DNA of 32,000 nt from positions 390,001 to 422,000 of the forward strand of contig NC_006512.1 of the NCBI RefSeq assembly GCF_000008465.1, read 5' to 3'. The notes under the pieces were generated by a model. It did no database searches. It was given only the letters and a program-made list of their open reading frames with translations, and was not told the origin of the DNA. This document shows positions 1 through 7,255 of the stretch, piece by piece. The position numbers were made by a program, and so were the translations under genes. Within the stretch, counting starts at the first letter, position 1; the number at the start of each line of letters is the position of its first letter. This stretch comes from Idiomarina loihiensis L2TR (GTDB lineage Bacteria; Pseudomonadota; Gammaproteobacteria; Enterobacterales; Alteromonadaceae).

Positions 1-10
1 AGTTTTAATT

Positions 11-523
11 ATGCGCAATCAAAAAGGTTTTACCCTGATCGAACTGATCATCGTTATTGTAGTTTTGGGGATTTTAGCAGTAACGGCTGCGCCTCAGTTT
101 ATTAACTTTTCCACTGATGCTCGCACATCTACTGTTAAAGGCTTAAAAGGTGCTTTACAGGGCGCTGCTCAAACAGTTTATGCAAGAGCAGCCATTGATG
201 ATGACTTGGATGGTACTTCGGCTGCTCCCGTGACAGTTAATGGTGTAGCTACCGTGAACGGTTACCCAGCAGCCACACAGGCAGGAATTGCTACTGCTGC
301 CAATTTAGATGCAACGAATGTTGACCCAGCTGCTACCGTGACAACAGACTGGGCGTTTTTTGCAGATAGCGGTACTATTTCAATTGCCCCTGGTGATCAA
401 GTACCAGCCCCGACAGCGGCCGAGGTAGAGGATATTACCGACACGAACTGTTACGCGACATATTCAGATGCGGCTGATTCTAATACCCCTCCAGCAATTA
501 CTATTGTAACGACTGGCTGCTAA
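11..523 (+). CDS. mshA: MSHA major pilin (type IV pilin with N-methylation motif)
   Basis: The N-terminus MRNQKGFTLIELIIVIVVLGILAVTAAPQF carries the prepilin cleavage/N-methylation motif (G|FTLIEL) and a hydrophobic alpha1-N helix. The remainder (LKGALQGAA, NGYPAAT, C-terminal Cys147...Cys170 pair) resembles Vibrio MshA from memory. It is followed by a strong terminator hairpin and then msh-ordered minor pilins. Confidence 0.75.
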   Translation: MRNQKGFTLIELIIVIVVLGILAVTAAPQFINFSTDARTSTVKGLKGALQGAAQTVYARAAIDDDLDGTSAAPVTVNGVATVNGYPAATQAGIATAANLDATNVDPAATVTTDWAFFADSGTISIAPGDQVPAPTAAEVEDITDTNCYATYSDAADSNTPPAITIVTTGC

Positions 524-538
524 ATCCAACTTTAGGGT

Positions 539-567
539 GCCCGCAGCTATTAAGCTGTGGGCTTTTT
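539..567 (+). terminator. Rho-independent terminator/attenuator after the major pilin gene
   Basis: GCCCGCAGCT-atta-AGCTGTGGGC forms a 10-bp stem with one G-U pair and a 4-nt loop. It is followed directly by TTTTT (563..567), 16 nt after the mshA stop. Confidence 0.65.
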
Positions 568-578
568 AAAGGCTAACT

Positions 579-1013
579 ATGAAGTCCCGAGGCTTCACTC
601 TTATAGAACTCATCATCATACTGGTCATCATCGGTATCCTCGCTGTATCTGCAGGTCCCGTCTTTTTCGATAATTCCGGTACCCAAAGCCAAGTTGTAAG
701 ACAGCGGGCAATGAGTATTTTGCGCAGCATTCAGCTACAAGCTATGCAGGACACTACGGGTAATTACTCCTCTGTCGTATCAGAAAATACATTAGGCGTT
801 CCTCCCTTTGTTGAAAATAACAATCGCCAGATAAGTAATGTCGACAATGTTACCTTTTCATTCTCCGGCTCGTTACCTGCAACTATTGGTTTTGATGGTT
901 TAGGCAGACCAACTGAACAATGTAGTGGTGGGTGCACTATTACCCTTACCGAGAGCTCAGGTATAAGCCGTGATCTCTGTATCAATAGCGAGGGTTACAT
1001 TAATGAGTGTTAA
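579..1013 (+). CDS. mshC: MSHA minor pilin MshC-like
   Basis: MKSRGFTLIELIIILVIIGILAVSAGPVFF is a prepilin motif. The protein is 144 aa, has C-terminal Cys residues, and sits directly after mshA as in MSHA loci. Confidence 0.65.
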   Translation: MKSRGFTLIELIIILVIIGILAVSAGPVFFDNSGTQSQVVRQRAMSILRSIQLQAMQDTTGNYSSVVSENTLGVPPFVENNNRQISNVDNVTFSFSGSLPATIGFDGLGRPTEQCSGGCTITLTESSGISRDLCINSEGYINEC

Positions 1014-1524
1014 GCAATCAAAAGGCTTTACGCTTATTGAGCTTATTATTGGCATTGTGGTTATTGCTATTGTTACTCTTGTGGTCACCGGCGGGCTTGG
1101 TCAGCTTTTTCGGCAAAGTGTTGACCCATGGCAGCAGGTTAGGGCGACCGAAATCGGACAGAGTTTAATGAATGAAATTTTGTCCAGACGCTTTGATGAA
1201 AACAGTCATGCCGGTAACCAGTCTTTACGATGTTCTGAAACAGGGGCCGGAGGTTGTGCCGCTTTAAATTCTTGTCCGGCAGACGGCAGTTTGCCTAATT
1301 CTGAAGAGTCGCAACGCAGCAACTTTGATGACGTAGATGATTATCACTGTCTTGAATTAGATGGTGGGGAATTGAGCGATTTGGGTGAGAATTTGTATAA
1401 AGGCTTTCAGGCAAAAGTTTTTGTTAGTTACGAAATACCGAACGAAGTTAAGCTTATAACCATTGAGGTACAAACACCGCAGCAGGAAACCCTTGAATTT
1501 AATGCTCAAAAGGGGAATTGGTAA
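1003..1524 (+). CDS. mshD: MSHA minor pilin MshD-like
   Basis: The track ORF 970..1524 starts at a GTG. The in-frame ATG at 1003 gives MSVKQSKGFTLIELIIGIVV, with the prepilin motif at the normal distance from the start. This start overlaps the mshC stop by 11 nt. Confidence 0.65.
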   Translation: MSVKQSKGFTLIELIIGIVVIAIVTLVVTGGLGQLFRQSVDPWQQVRATEIGQSLMNEILSRRFDENSHAGNQSLRCSETGAGGCAALNSCPADGSLPNSEESQRSNFDDVDDYHCLELDGGELSDLGENLYKGFQAKVFVSYEIPNEVKLITIEVQTPQQETLEFNAQKGNW

Positions 1525-2342
1525 TGCGAAACATGCGCGGCTTTACCTTAATTGAGCTGATTATCGTTATCATAATATTGGCTATTGTCGCTGGCTTCTC
1601 TTTTCAGTTTGTTGGTATCGGTGCCCGGATGTTCACAACAGGCGCCGAACGTTTACAAACCATAGAGAAAAGCCGCTTTGCTGCGGAACGCGTCACTCGT
1701 GAGCTGCGCAACGCTGTTCCGAACAGTATTCGAATACGCTCATCCGACGGCACTCAATGTCTTGAATTTTCGCCGGTACGGACGGTGGGGACATATTACG
1801 ACGCTCCTATACGGCCGCAGCGCTCTGATCAAATGACGTTGGTTACATTATCCTCTTTAAGTACTCCGTGGGTTGCTGAGCCGACGGATAGAATTTTCAT
1901 CTATGCGACCCGGGCCAACTTTATTTACGCTAGCAATGCTCAACGTTACGCTGTACTAGCAGAATCTTACGACAGCGCCAGTGCGTCGGCATCAACCCCG
2001 GCGACTCACATTCTTCCTTTGGTTGCCGACAGTCGATTCGCTCAGAGTTCACCAAGAGAAAGAGCGTATATAGGCAAGCAGCCGGTCAGTTTTTGTCTGC
2101 AAAACGACGGTTTGTACCGAGTAGAAAATTATGGCTGGAATCAATCCCAAACGGTTCCGCCGGTTACTTTAAGCCAAAGTCAGTTGTTGGCTGAAAGACT
2201 TAATATGGATAACTCGTCGTTTTTGTTGGAACCAGGCGCTTCACAGCGTAATAATGTTATTAATATTCAGCTTGAGTTTGTAAGCCGAAGTAACGAGTCG
2301 ATATATTATAATCAAAAGGTTCATATTCCCAATGCACCATAA
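1524..2342 (+). CDS. mshO: MSHA biogenesis pseudopilin MshO-like
   Basis: The track ORF starts at TTG 1518. The ATG at 1524 overlaps the mshD stop (TAATG) and gives MRNMRGFTLIELIIVIIILAIV. Size (about 272 aa) and position fit MshO. Confidence 0.65.
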   Translation: MRNMRGFTLIELIIVIIILAIVAGFSFQFVGIGARMFTTGAERLQTIEKSRFAAERVTRELRNAVPNSIRIRSSDGTQCLEFSPVRTVGTYYDAPIRPQRSDQMTLVTLSSLSTPWVAEPTDRIFIYATRANFIYASNAQRYAVLAESYDSASASASTPATHILPLVADSRFAQSSPRERAYIGKQPVSFCLQNDGLYRVENYGWNQSQTVPPVTLSQSQLLAERLNMDNSSFLLEPGASQRNNVINIQLEFVSRSNESIYYNQKVHIPNAP

Positions 2343-2763
2343 TGACAATTTTCGACGCTCGCTGAATAAACAACGGGGTAATACCCTGGTCATTGCGATC
2401 TTTGTCATTGTCGTGCTTGGGGCTCTTGTTGCAGCTCTGTCAAACTTAGTCCGAACAACTTCGGAAAGTGTTGTGGTTGAGGTTTTAGGGACGCGCAGCT
2501 TTATGGCTGCTCAGTCAGGAATCGAGCAGGGTATGATGGAGCTTTATCCTATAGGTGGCTCTCCTGCTACCGCATGCCCCGGTTTCAGCGAGAGTATAGA
2601 GGTAGGCAATTGCGAGGCTGCTGTCGCTTGTGAATCAGTTACTCATACTTCAGATTCAAACGAAACATATATCCATTTCAGACTCGAAGCTACCGGTACT
2701 TGCACTGCCGGAGGTCAAGCCGCTTCGAGGAAACTGGCTATTGAAACGCGAGTGAAGAACTGA
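2332..2763 (+). CDS. mshP: MSHA biogenesis protein MshP-like (PilX-N-like hydrophobic N-terminus)
   Basis: The N-terminus KQRGNTLVIAIFVIVVLGALVAAL is a degenerate pseudopilin-type hydrophobic segment without the canonical GFTLIE. It lies between mshO and mshQ and overlaps the mshO stop by 11 nt. Confidence 0.6.
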   Translation: MHHNDNFRRSLNKQRGNTLVIAIFVIVVLGALVAALSNLVRTTSESVVVEVLGTRSFMAAQSGIEQGMMELYPIGGSPATACPGFSESIEVGNCEAAVACESVTHTSDSNETYIHFRLEATGTCTAGGQAASRKLAIETRVKN

Positions 2764-5700
2764 TGAGCCTGTTGAAAACACTTAAGTTCGTCATAATCTC
2801 TGTAATTGCCTTTGCGTCTACTCCCGCTATGGCTACCAATTACAATCTGCCCAATAATAATCTCCCGGGGTGTTCTAAATCTGGTAATACCTATACCTGT
2901 CCTAACGGGTTAAATCTGAATTTCCGCGACCGAATCCAAATTTCCGGCAACAATTCGGTTGTGATTAATGTGAATGGTAATTTTAATCTTGGTTCTGAAA
3001 TGCGCATTAACGAGAATGGCGGCGCTCAGCAGTTAACAATCACTACTACGGGCTCATATAACGGCGGCTTTCAAAGCGTTATTAACGCGAATATTAGCAG
3101 CCAGCAAAACATTACCCTGGCCAATGAAAACATTTTTTCCGGTTCTTTAGTTGCGGCAAACGACGTATCAGTGGGGTTTCGAACAAATATTGATGGCTCC
3201 ATCCGCTCGACCAGCGGCAGCGTTATTTTACAGGGTGAAAACAGTATTACGGGTAATGTTGATGCCAGAGATAATGTCATTGTGCGCTTCTTAACTGAGG
3301 TAAATGGCAACCTTAACGCTACAAACGGGAATGTCGTACTCGAAGGACAAAACGATGTCTCCGGTGCTATTTTCAGTGGCGGTGATACCATTTTACGTTT
3401 TCGTTCAGACGTAGAGGGGGCGATCACCAGTAACGGTCGCGTTGTGTTAGAGGGCGAAAACACCGTTAATGGCAATATTATTGCTGGCGACGACGTAACA
3501 CTTAGATACGGCTCCGATGTAAATGGTGATATTGATGCAGATGGTAGCGTAACGCTGGATGGAGCGAATATTGTTGATGGAAATATTAACGCTACTGACA
3601 GGGTCACCATTCCTAACTCAAGCACGGTAACAGGCTATGTGAATGCCCCGCAGATTATTGACGAAAGTAATGTTCAGGGAGAAACCTGTGACATCAACAA
3701 CAACGAAGGGCCTTGCGGGAGTGAACCGCCCGACCAGCCGTTAGACGGGCTTGGTTACTGGGCTTTTGATCAAGTCGAGTGGAGAGGGCAGTTTGGTGAA
3801 GTTCTGGATATTTCCGGCAACGGGCTGCACGGGCAAGCATTAAGAGGTGCAAATACTTCAGGGTTTAATCCGGCAATTGCAGGCAACCCAGGCACCTGCC
3901 GTTATGGCAAATTTAATGGTGATAACGCAGTGCGCGTAGATAACGCTCAGTCAATTGCTAATGCTGAATCTGTAAGTGTTGCGTTTTGGTTTAAAGGCAG
4001 TGCTACTGGGCAAAATCAGTCGGATCGTTACCAGAGTCTTTTAGTGATAGGTAACGGACCTACTGAGGGGGCTTCCGGACGTTTCGAAGTTTACCGGCAG
4101 GACACCCGCGATGGTGGCGGACTGTATTTTGAAATACGCCGAAATAACGGCGAAATTGTTAATGTCGAGGCAGGTAACACGCGACAAGGGCAAACAAATT
4201 TGCTGGACGATAACTGGCATCATCTGGCGGCTTCCTATGACCGTAATGCACGTCGTTTAACTCTGTATATTGACGGGCAACAGGCAGATCAAACCTCATT
4301 TAATGGGTCATCTAATTTGAACGCTGTTGCCCCCCGTTTGTATATTGGCGGACAAGGAATCGGGGAAAACAGTTTCTACGGCGAAATTGATGAGGTTTTT
4401 ATTGATGACAAGGTTCTCACCCAAAGTGACGTGACAACATTAAAAAGCATTACGCGACCTTGCAATGATCAACGGCCACTTTGTGAAGATGTCTGGCCTG
4501 TTGCTTTTGAAGTGCCTAATAACGTTCCCAAACCTTTTGATTTACCTGATCGCTCCTACAATACGCAGCTTCCCGCGCAGTTGCAGCCAATTGATTACTT
4601 ACGTACCGGAAACTTCGGTAACACTGGCTTTAATTACACAACCAATGGGCAAACCTCACGTGTCTATATTGATGGCGATGTGACTATTCAATCGGGGCGT
4701 CGTATTAATGTTGGCGGTAACGCTAATGAAATGATGCTGATTGTAACGGGTGATTTGACGTTAGAGCAGGATGTGCAGTTTAACGGGTACATATACGTTG
4801 CTGGTAATTTTCTTTTTGAGCGTAGTTTCTTCTTTTGGCAGACATCAGAGGTAACCGGCGGAGTGAGTGTTGGCGGGCGAAGCTTTGCTACAGGTAACTT
4901 TGGCTTTTTTGACCCCGAGGTGAATTATCAGGCGCCTGTAGAACCTATTGCCGGAGGTAACTTCTGTAGAGCGTCCGATACGGCTCCACCCGTGTCGCCA
5001 GTGCACCATTACCAGTTGTCCTATAACAGCCCTGCATTGACCTGCTCGGCTGCTGATATTGAGGTTACCGCCTGTGCCAATGCCAGCTGCTCTGAACTGT
5101 ATGAGGGGAGTAGCACCGTTCAGCTAAATTCTACAGCCGGGGACTGGTCAACGAACCCTGTTTCGGCTTCTCCGGTGGGTACCACAAGTCTGGAACAGAC
5201 TAATGCCGGCATTTATCCTCTAGCTGTTGAAACTACAGGAACCTTACCGCAACCACAGAACCCGACACGCTGTTTAGTTAATGGCAACTTGTCGGAGAGC
5301 TGTAATATTGAGTTTAGTGATACCGGATTCATTTTCACTAGTGGGGATAACTTTGAGGACACTGATATTCCGTCACAGGTGTCAGCCGTGCCTTTTAGCA
5401 ACCTACAATTGCGCGCAGTGGAAACGAACAGTCAGACACTGGCTTGCCAGGCTGTGACGCAGCCTTTGAACTCGGTATCTATGAGTATGAACTGTGTTGA
5501 CCCTGACCAATGTTTGATGGGGGCGTCTGTTAATGAAACCGAGGTGACAGAAAATAACACCAGTAACATCAGTGTTAGCTTTACTGACGGAAAAGCGCCT
5601 CTGGAAATCAACTATAAAGACGCTGGTGCTATCAATTTAACAGCGCAAGCGACTTTACCTAACGGGAAAACACTAAGAGGGACGTCAGAAGCTTTTGTTT

Positions 5701-7058
5701 GGCGGCCTGCAAGTATTGATGTGGAAGCCAGTCAGGATGCCTCAAGCAATTACGAGGGAACTATCTTAGCCAAAGCCGGAGACGTTTTCACCGCGCGGCT
5801 TGCCGCGATTAATGATGAAGGTGATGTAACACCAAACTTTGGTAACGAAGCCAATCCTGAAACATTACAGCTTATGGCTCAGACTGAGGCGGTAGAATCT
5901 TATAACGGTGAAATAACGAATGCTGATGGGTTTACTAAAGATGGAGCCGGAATCTTTACAAATTCGGGGCTGACTTATACTGAAGTCGGTTCAACTCGGG
6001 TAACTGCATATATAGGAAGCCAGAATTATTTGCCTGGCTACCACGGTTCTCCAGTTATGTTGACAACCGAGAGTGAGATAGGAAGGTTTATTCCTTACGA
6101 ATTTCAAATGGAAACTTTCGATGGTTTCAGCGGTGTCTGTAACCGGAATAATGCAGGCCAGGGCGACGAATTTTATTATATCGGGGAGGCGCAGCTATTA
6201 GGACCAAGCTTTGCCTTAACAGCGGTAAATAAAAATGGTGAAACGACTAAGAATTATCCGACAGACGTTGTTGAAGGTGAATTGGAGTTTTATCCGTTTA
6301 ATGGCGCAAATGGTAGTCCTGAACTGTTGAACCCAGGCCAGCTGTTTGCAACAGACGTTGAACTTGAATGGGGGCAGAATGAAGAGAGCGCGGGAACGGC
6401 TTCGTTCAAGTCGCCAGCTCCGTCTGTTACTTACCGCCGAAATGGTGCAGAAGAAGGCCCTTATGAAGACTATAAACTGGGAATTCAGTTTAATGATAGC
6501 GAAGGCGGTAATTATTATTCGGTAATAACAGAGTCTAATCTTCCGGCGGCTGCCCAGGCACCAGCATTCAAACTGTATGATAGTGTAAAGTTACTTTACG
6601 GGCGCTTTGTTTTAGATAATATCTTCGGCGCCGAAGTTGATGACCTTCCGCTGTCTGGTCGAGCCCAGTTTTGGAATGGTGACAATTTCGTCATAAATAC
6701 TAATGATAACTGCTTTACTGTCTCAGTATCCAAGCTCGATGTCCTATCGGCTATCGATCCTACAAAGGATCCGGTTATAAGCTTAGACACTGAATCTATT
6801 GAGCTGTCAGATACGCCGGACTCGGTCAGTTTGACTGAAGGTGAATTGCAGGAAGCATATAGTCCAATGGAAGACCTGTTGCGCTGGCAAGCTTATGGTT
6901 CTGCCGCCGAATTTACTTTCGAGCTGACTGTTCCTTCATTTTTGCAATACGATTGGGACGGCGACAGTAACTACCAAGATAACCCCACAGCCGAGGGTAC
7001 ATTCGGTATTTATCGTGGCAGTGACAGACAAATTTACTGGCAGGAAGTGGGTTGGTAG
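2763..7058 (+). CDS. mshQ: MSHA biogenesis protein MshQ-like, large secreted protein (1431 aa) with beta-helix repeats and a LamG-like domain
   Basis: The start overlaps the mshP stop (TGATG). It has a signal peptide (MSLLKTLKFVIISVIAFASTPAMA|TN). It is the last and largest gene of the msh pilin operon. LamG/concanavalin-like motifs include VSVAFWFKG, DDNWHHLAASYDRNARRLTLYIDG and GEIDEVFIDDKVLT. Confidence 0.75.
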   Translation: MSLLKTLKFVIISVIAFASTPAMATNYNLPNNNLPGCSKSGNTYTCPNGLNLNFRDRIQISGNNSVVINVNGNFNLGSEMRINENGGAQQLTITTTGSYNGGFQSVINANISSQQNITLANENIFSGSLVAANDVSVGFRTNIDGSIRSTSGSVILQGENSITGNVDARDNVIVRFLTEVNGNLNATNGNVVLEGQNDVSGAIFSGGDTILRFRSDVEGAITSNGRVVLEGENTVNGNIIAGDDVTLRYGSDVNGDIDADGSVTLDGANIVDGNINATDRVTIPNSSTVTGYVNAPQIIDESNVQGETCDINNNEGPCGSEPPDQPLDGLGYWAFDQVEWRGQFGEVLDISGNGLHGQALRGANTSGFNPAIAGNPGTCRYGKFNGDNAVRVDNAQSIANAESVSVAFWFKGSATGQNQSDRYQSLLVIGNGPTEGASGRFEVYRQDTRDGGGLYFEIRRNNGEIVNVEAGNTRQGQTNLLDDNWHHLAASYDRNARRLTLYIDGQQADQTSFNGSSNLNAVAPRLYIGGQGIGENSFYGEIDEVFIDDKVLTQSDVTTLKSITRPCNDQRPLCEDVWPVAFEVPNNVPKPFDLPDRSYNTQLPAQLQPIDYLRTGNFGNTGFNYTTNGQTSRVYIDGDVTIQSGRRINVGGNANEMMLIVTGDLTLEQDVQFNGYIYVAGNFLFERSFFFWQTSEVTGGVSVGGRSFATGNFGFFDPEVNYQAPVEPIAGGNFCRASDTAPPVSPVHHYQLSYNSPALTCSAADIEVTACANASCSELYEGSSTVQLNSTAGDWSTNPVSASPVGTTSLEQTNAGIYPLAVETTGTLPQPQNPTRCLVNGNLSESCNIEFSDTGFIFTSGDNFEDTDIPSQVSAVPFSNLQLRAVETNSQTLACQAVTQPLNSVSMSMNCVDPDQCLMGASVNETEVTENNTSNISVSFTDGKAPLEINYKDAGAINLTAQATLPNGKTLRGTSEAFVWRPASIDVEASQDASSNYEGTILAKAGDVFTARLAAINDEGDVTPNFGNEANPETLQLMAQTEAVESYNGEITNADGFTKDGAGIFTNSGLTYTEVGSTRVTAYIGSQNYLPGYHGSPVMLTTESEIGRFIPYEFQMETFDGFSGVCNRNNAGQGDEFYYIGEAQLLGPSFALTAVNKNGETTKNYPTDVVEGELEFYPFNGANGSPELLNPGQLFATDVELEWGQNEESAGTASFKSPAPSVTYRRNGAEEGPYEDYKLGIQFNDSEGGNYYSVITESNLPAAAQAPAFKLYDSVKLLYGRFVLDNIFGAEVDDLPLSGRAQFWNGDNFVINTNDNCFTVSVSKLDVLSAIDPTKDPVISLDTESIELSDTPDSVSLTEGELQEAYSPMEDLLRWQAYGSAAEFTFELTVPSFLQYDWDGDSNYQDNPTAEGTFGIYRGSDRQIYWQEVGW
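3075..3647 (+). repeat. Protein-level array of about 10 diverged 18-residue (54-nt) beta-helix-type repeats inside mshQ
   Basis: MshQ residues about 105-295 contain successive units: IDGSIRSTSGSVILQGENS / ITGNVDARDNVIVRFLTE / VNGNLNATNGNVVLEGQND / VSGAIFSGGDTILRFRSD / VEGAITSNGRVVLEGENT / VNGNIIAGDDVTLRYGSD / VNGDIDADGSVTLDGANI / VDGNINATDRVTIPNSST. The pattern v-x-G-x-i...g-x-v-x-l-x-G resembles bactofilin/polymer-forming beta-helix repeats. At DNA level the units are diverged. Confidence 0.6.
3750..4442 (+). other. LamG/concanavalin-A-like lectin-fold domain segment of MshQ
   Basis: MshQ residues about 330-560 read: GLHGQALRGAN...GKFNGDNAVRVDN...VSVAFWFKG...NWHHLAASYD...LTLYIDGQQ...LYIGGQ...FYGEIDEVFIDDKVLTQSDV. 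This is the typical LamG_3 pattern. Confidence 0.6.
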
Positions 7059-7160
7059 AACGAATTATAACGATTAATCGACAATTCGATGACAATGCCT
7101 CTTGCTCTTTTGTTAACAAGCAAATAGCATAAAGCAGAGTTTAAACGAAAAATGCGGACG

Positions 7161-7187
7161 TTGACGAACGTTCATAATTATTACAAT
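7161..7187 (+). promoter_or_regulatory. Candidate sigma-70 promoter for the coiled-coil/PEGA/FGE-fold gene
   Basis: TTGACG (7161..7166) and TACAAT (7182..7187) are separated by a short 15-nt spacer, about 70 nt upstream of ATG 7256. The spacing is suboptimal, so this is weak. Confidence 0.2.
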
Positions 7188-7255
7188 AACGATAGTGCGA
7201 CTACAGCTTTGGCTTTTACGCCGCTTTGTTATTTTTTCAAGCTTGGAATGGAAAC

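Noticed and set aside
3071-3625. A 184-aa ORF on the minus strand inside mshQ.
   Set aside because: It lies exactly antisense to the periodic beta-helix repeat region. Its low-complexity S/T/P/L-rich translation and absence of any start context mark it as a shadow ORF created by the repeat codon bias.
7089-7127. A 12-codon mini-ORF (MTMPLALLLTSK) in the mshQ-downstream gap.
   Set aside because: It has no Shine-Dalgarno sequence and no recognisable leader-peptide logic. ORFs this short are expected by chance.
7210-7225. A sigma-54-like element, TGGCTTTTACGCCGCT (GG-N10-GC), upstream of the FGE-fold gene.
   Set aside because: Only the minimal GG/GC dinucleotides match. The -12 region reads CCGCT, not TTGCA. 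No enhancer-binding protein gene is nearby. Such minimal matches are expected by chance.
7226-7255. Upstream extensions of several track ORFs. These are the non-ATG or early starts at 970, 1518, 7226, 11504, 12138, 17370 and 20150, plus the minus-strand starts at 27177 and 29751.
   Set aside because: In each case an internal ATG (TTG for pmbA) gives the N-terminus expected for the family: a prepilin motif, a signal peptide, or a homologue-length N-terminus. This choice also removes long overlaps with the neighbouring gene.
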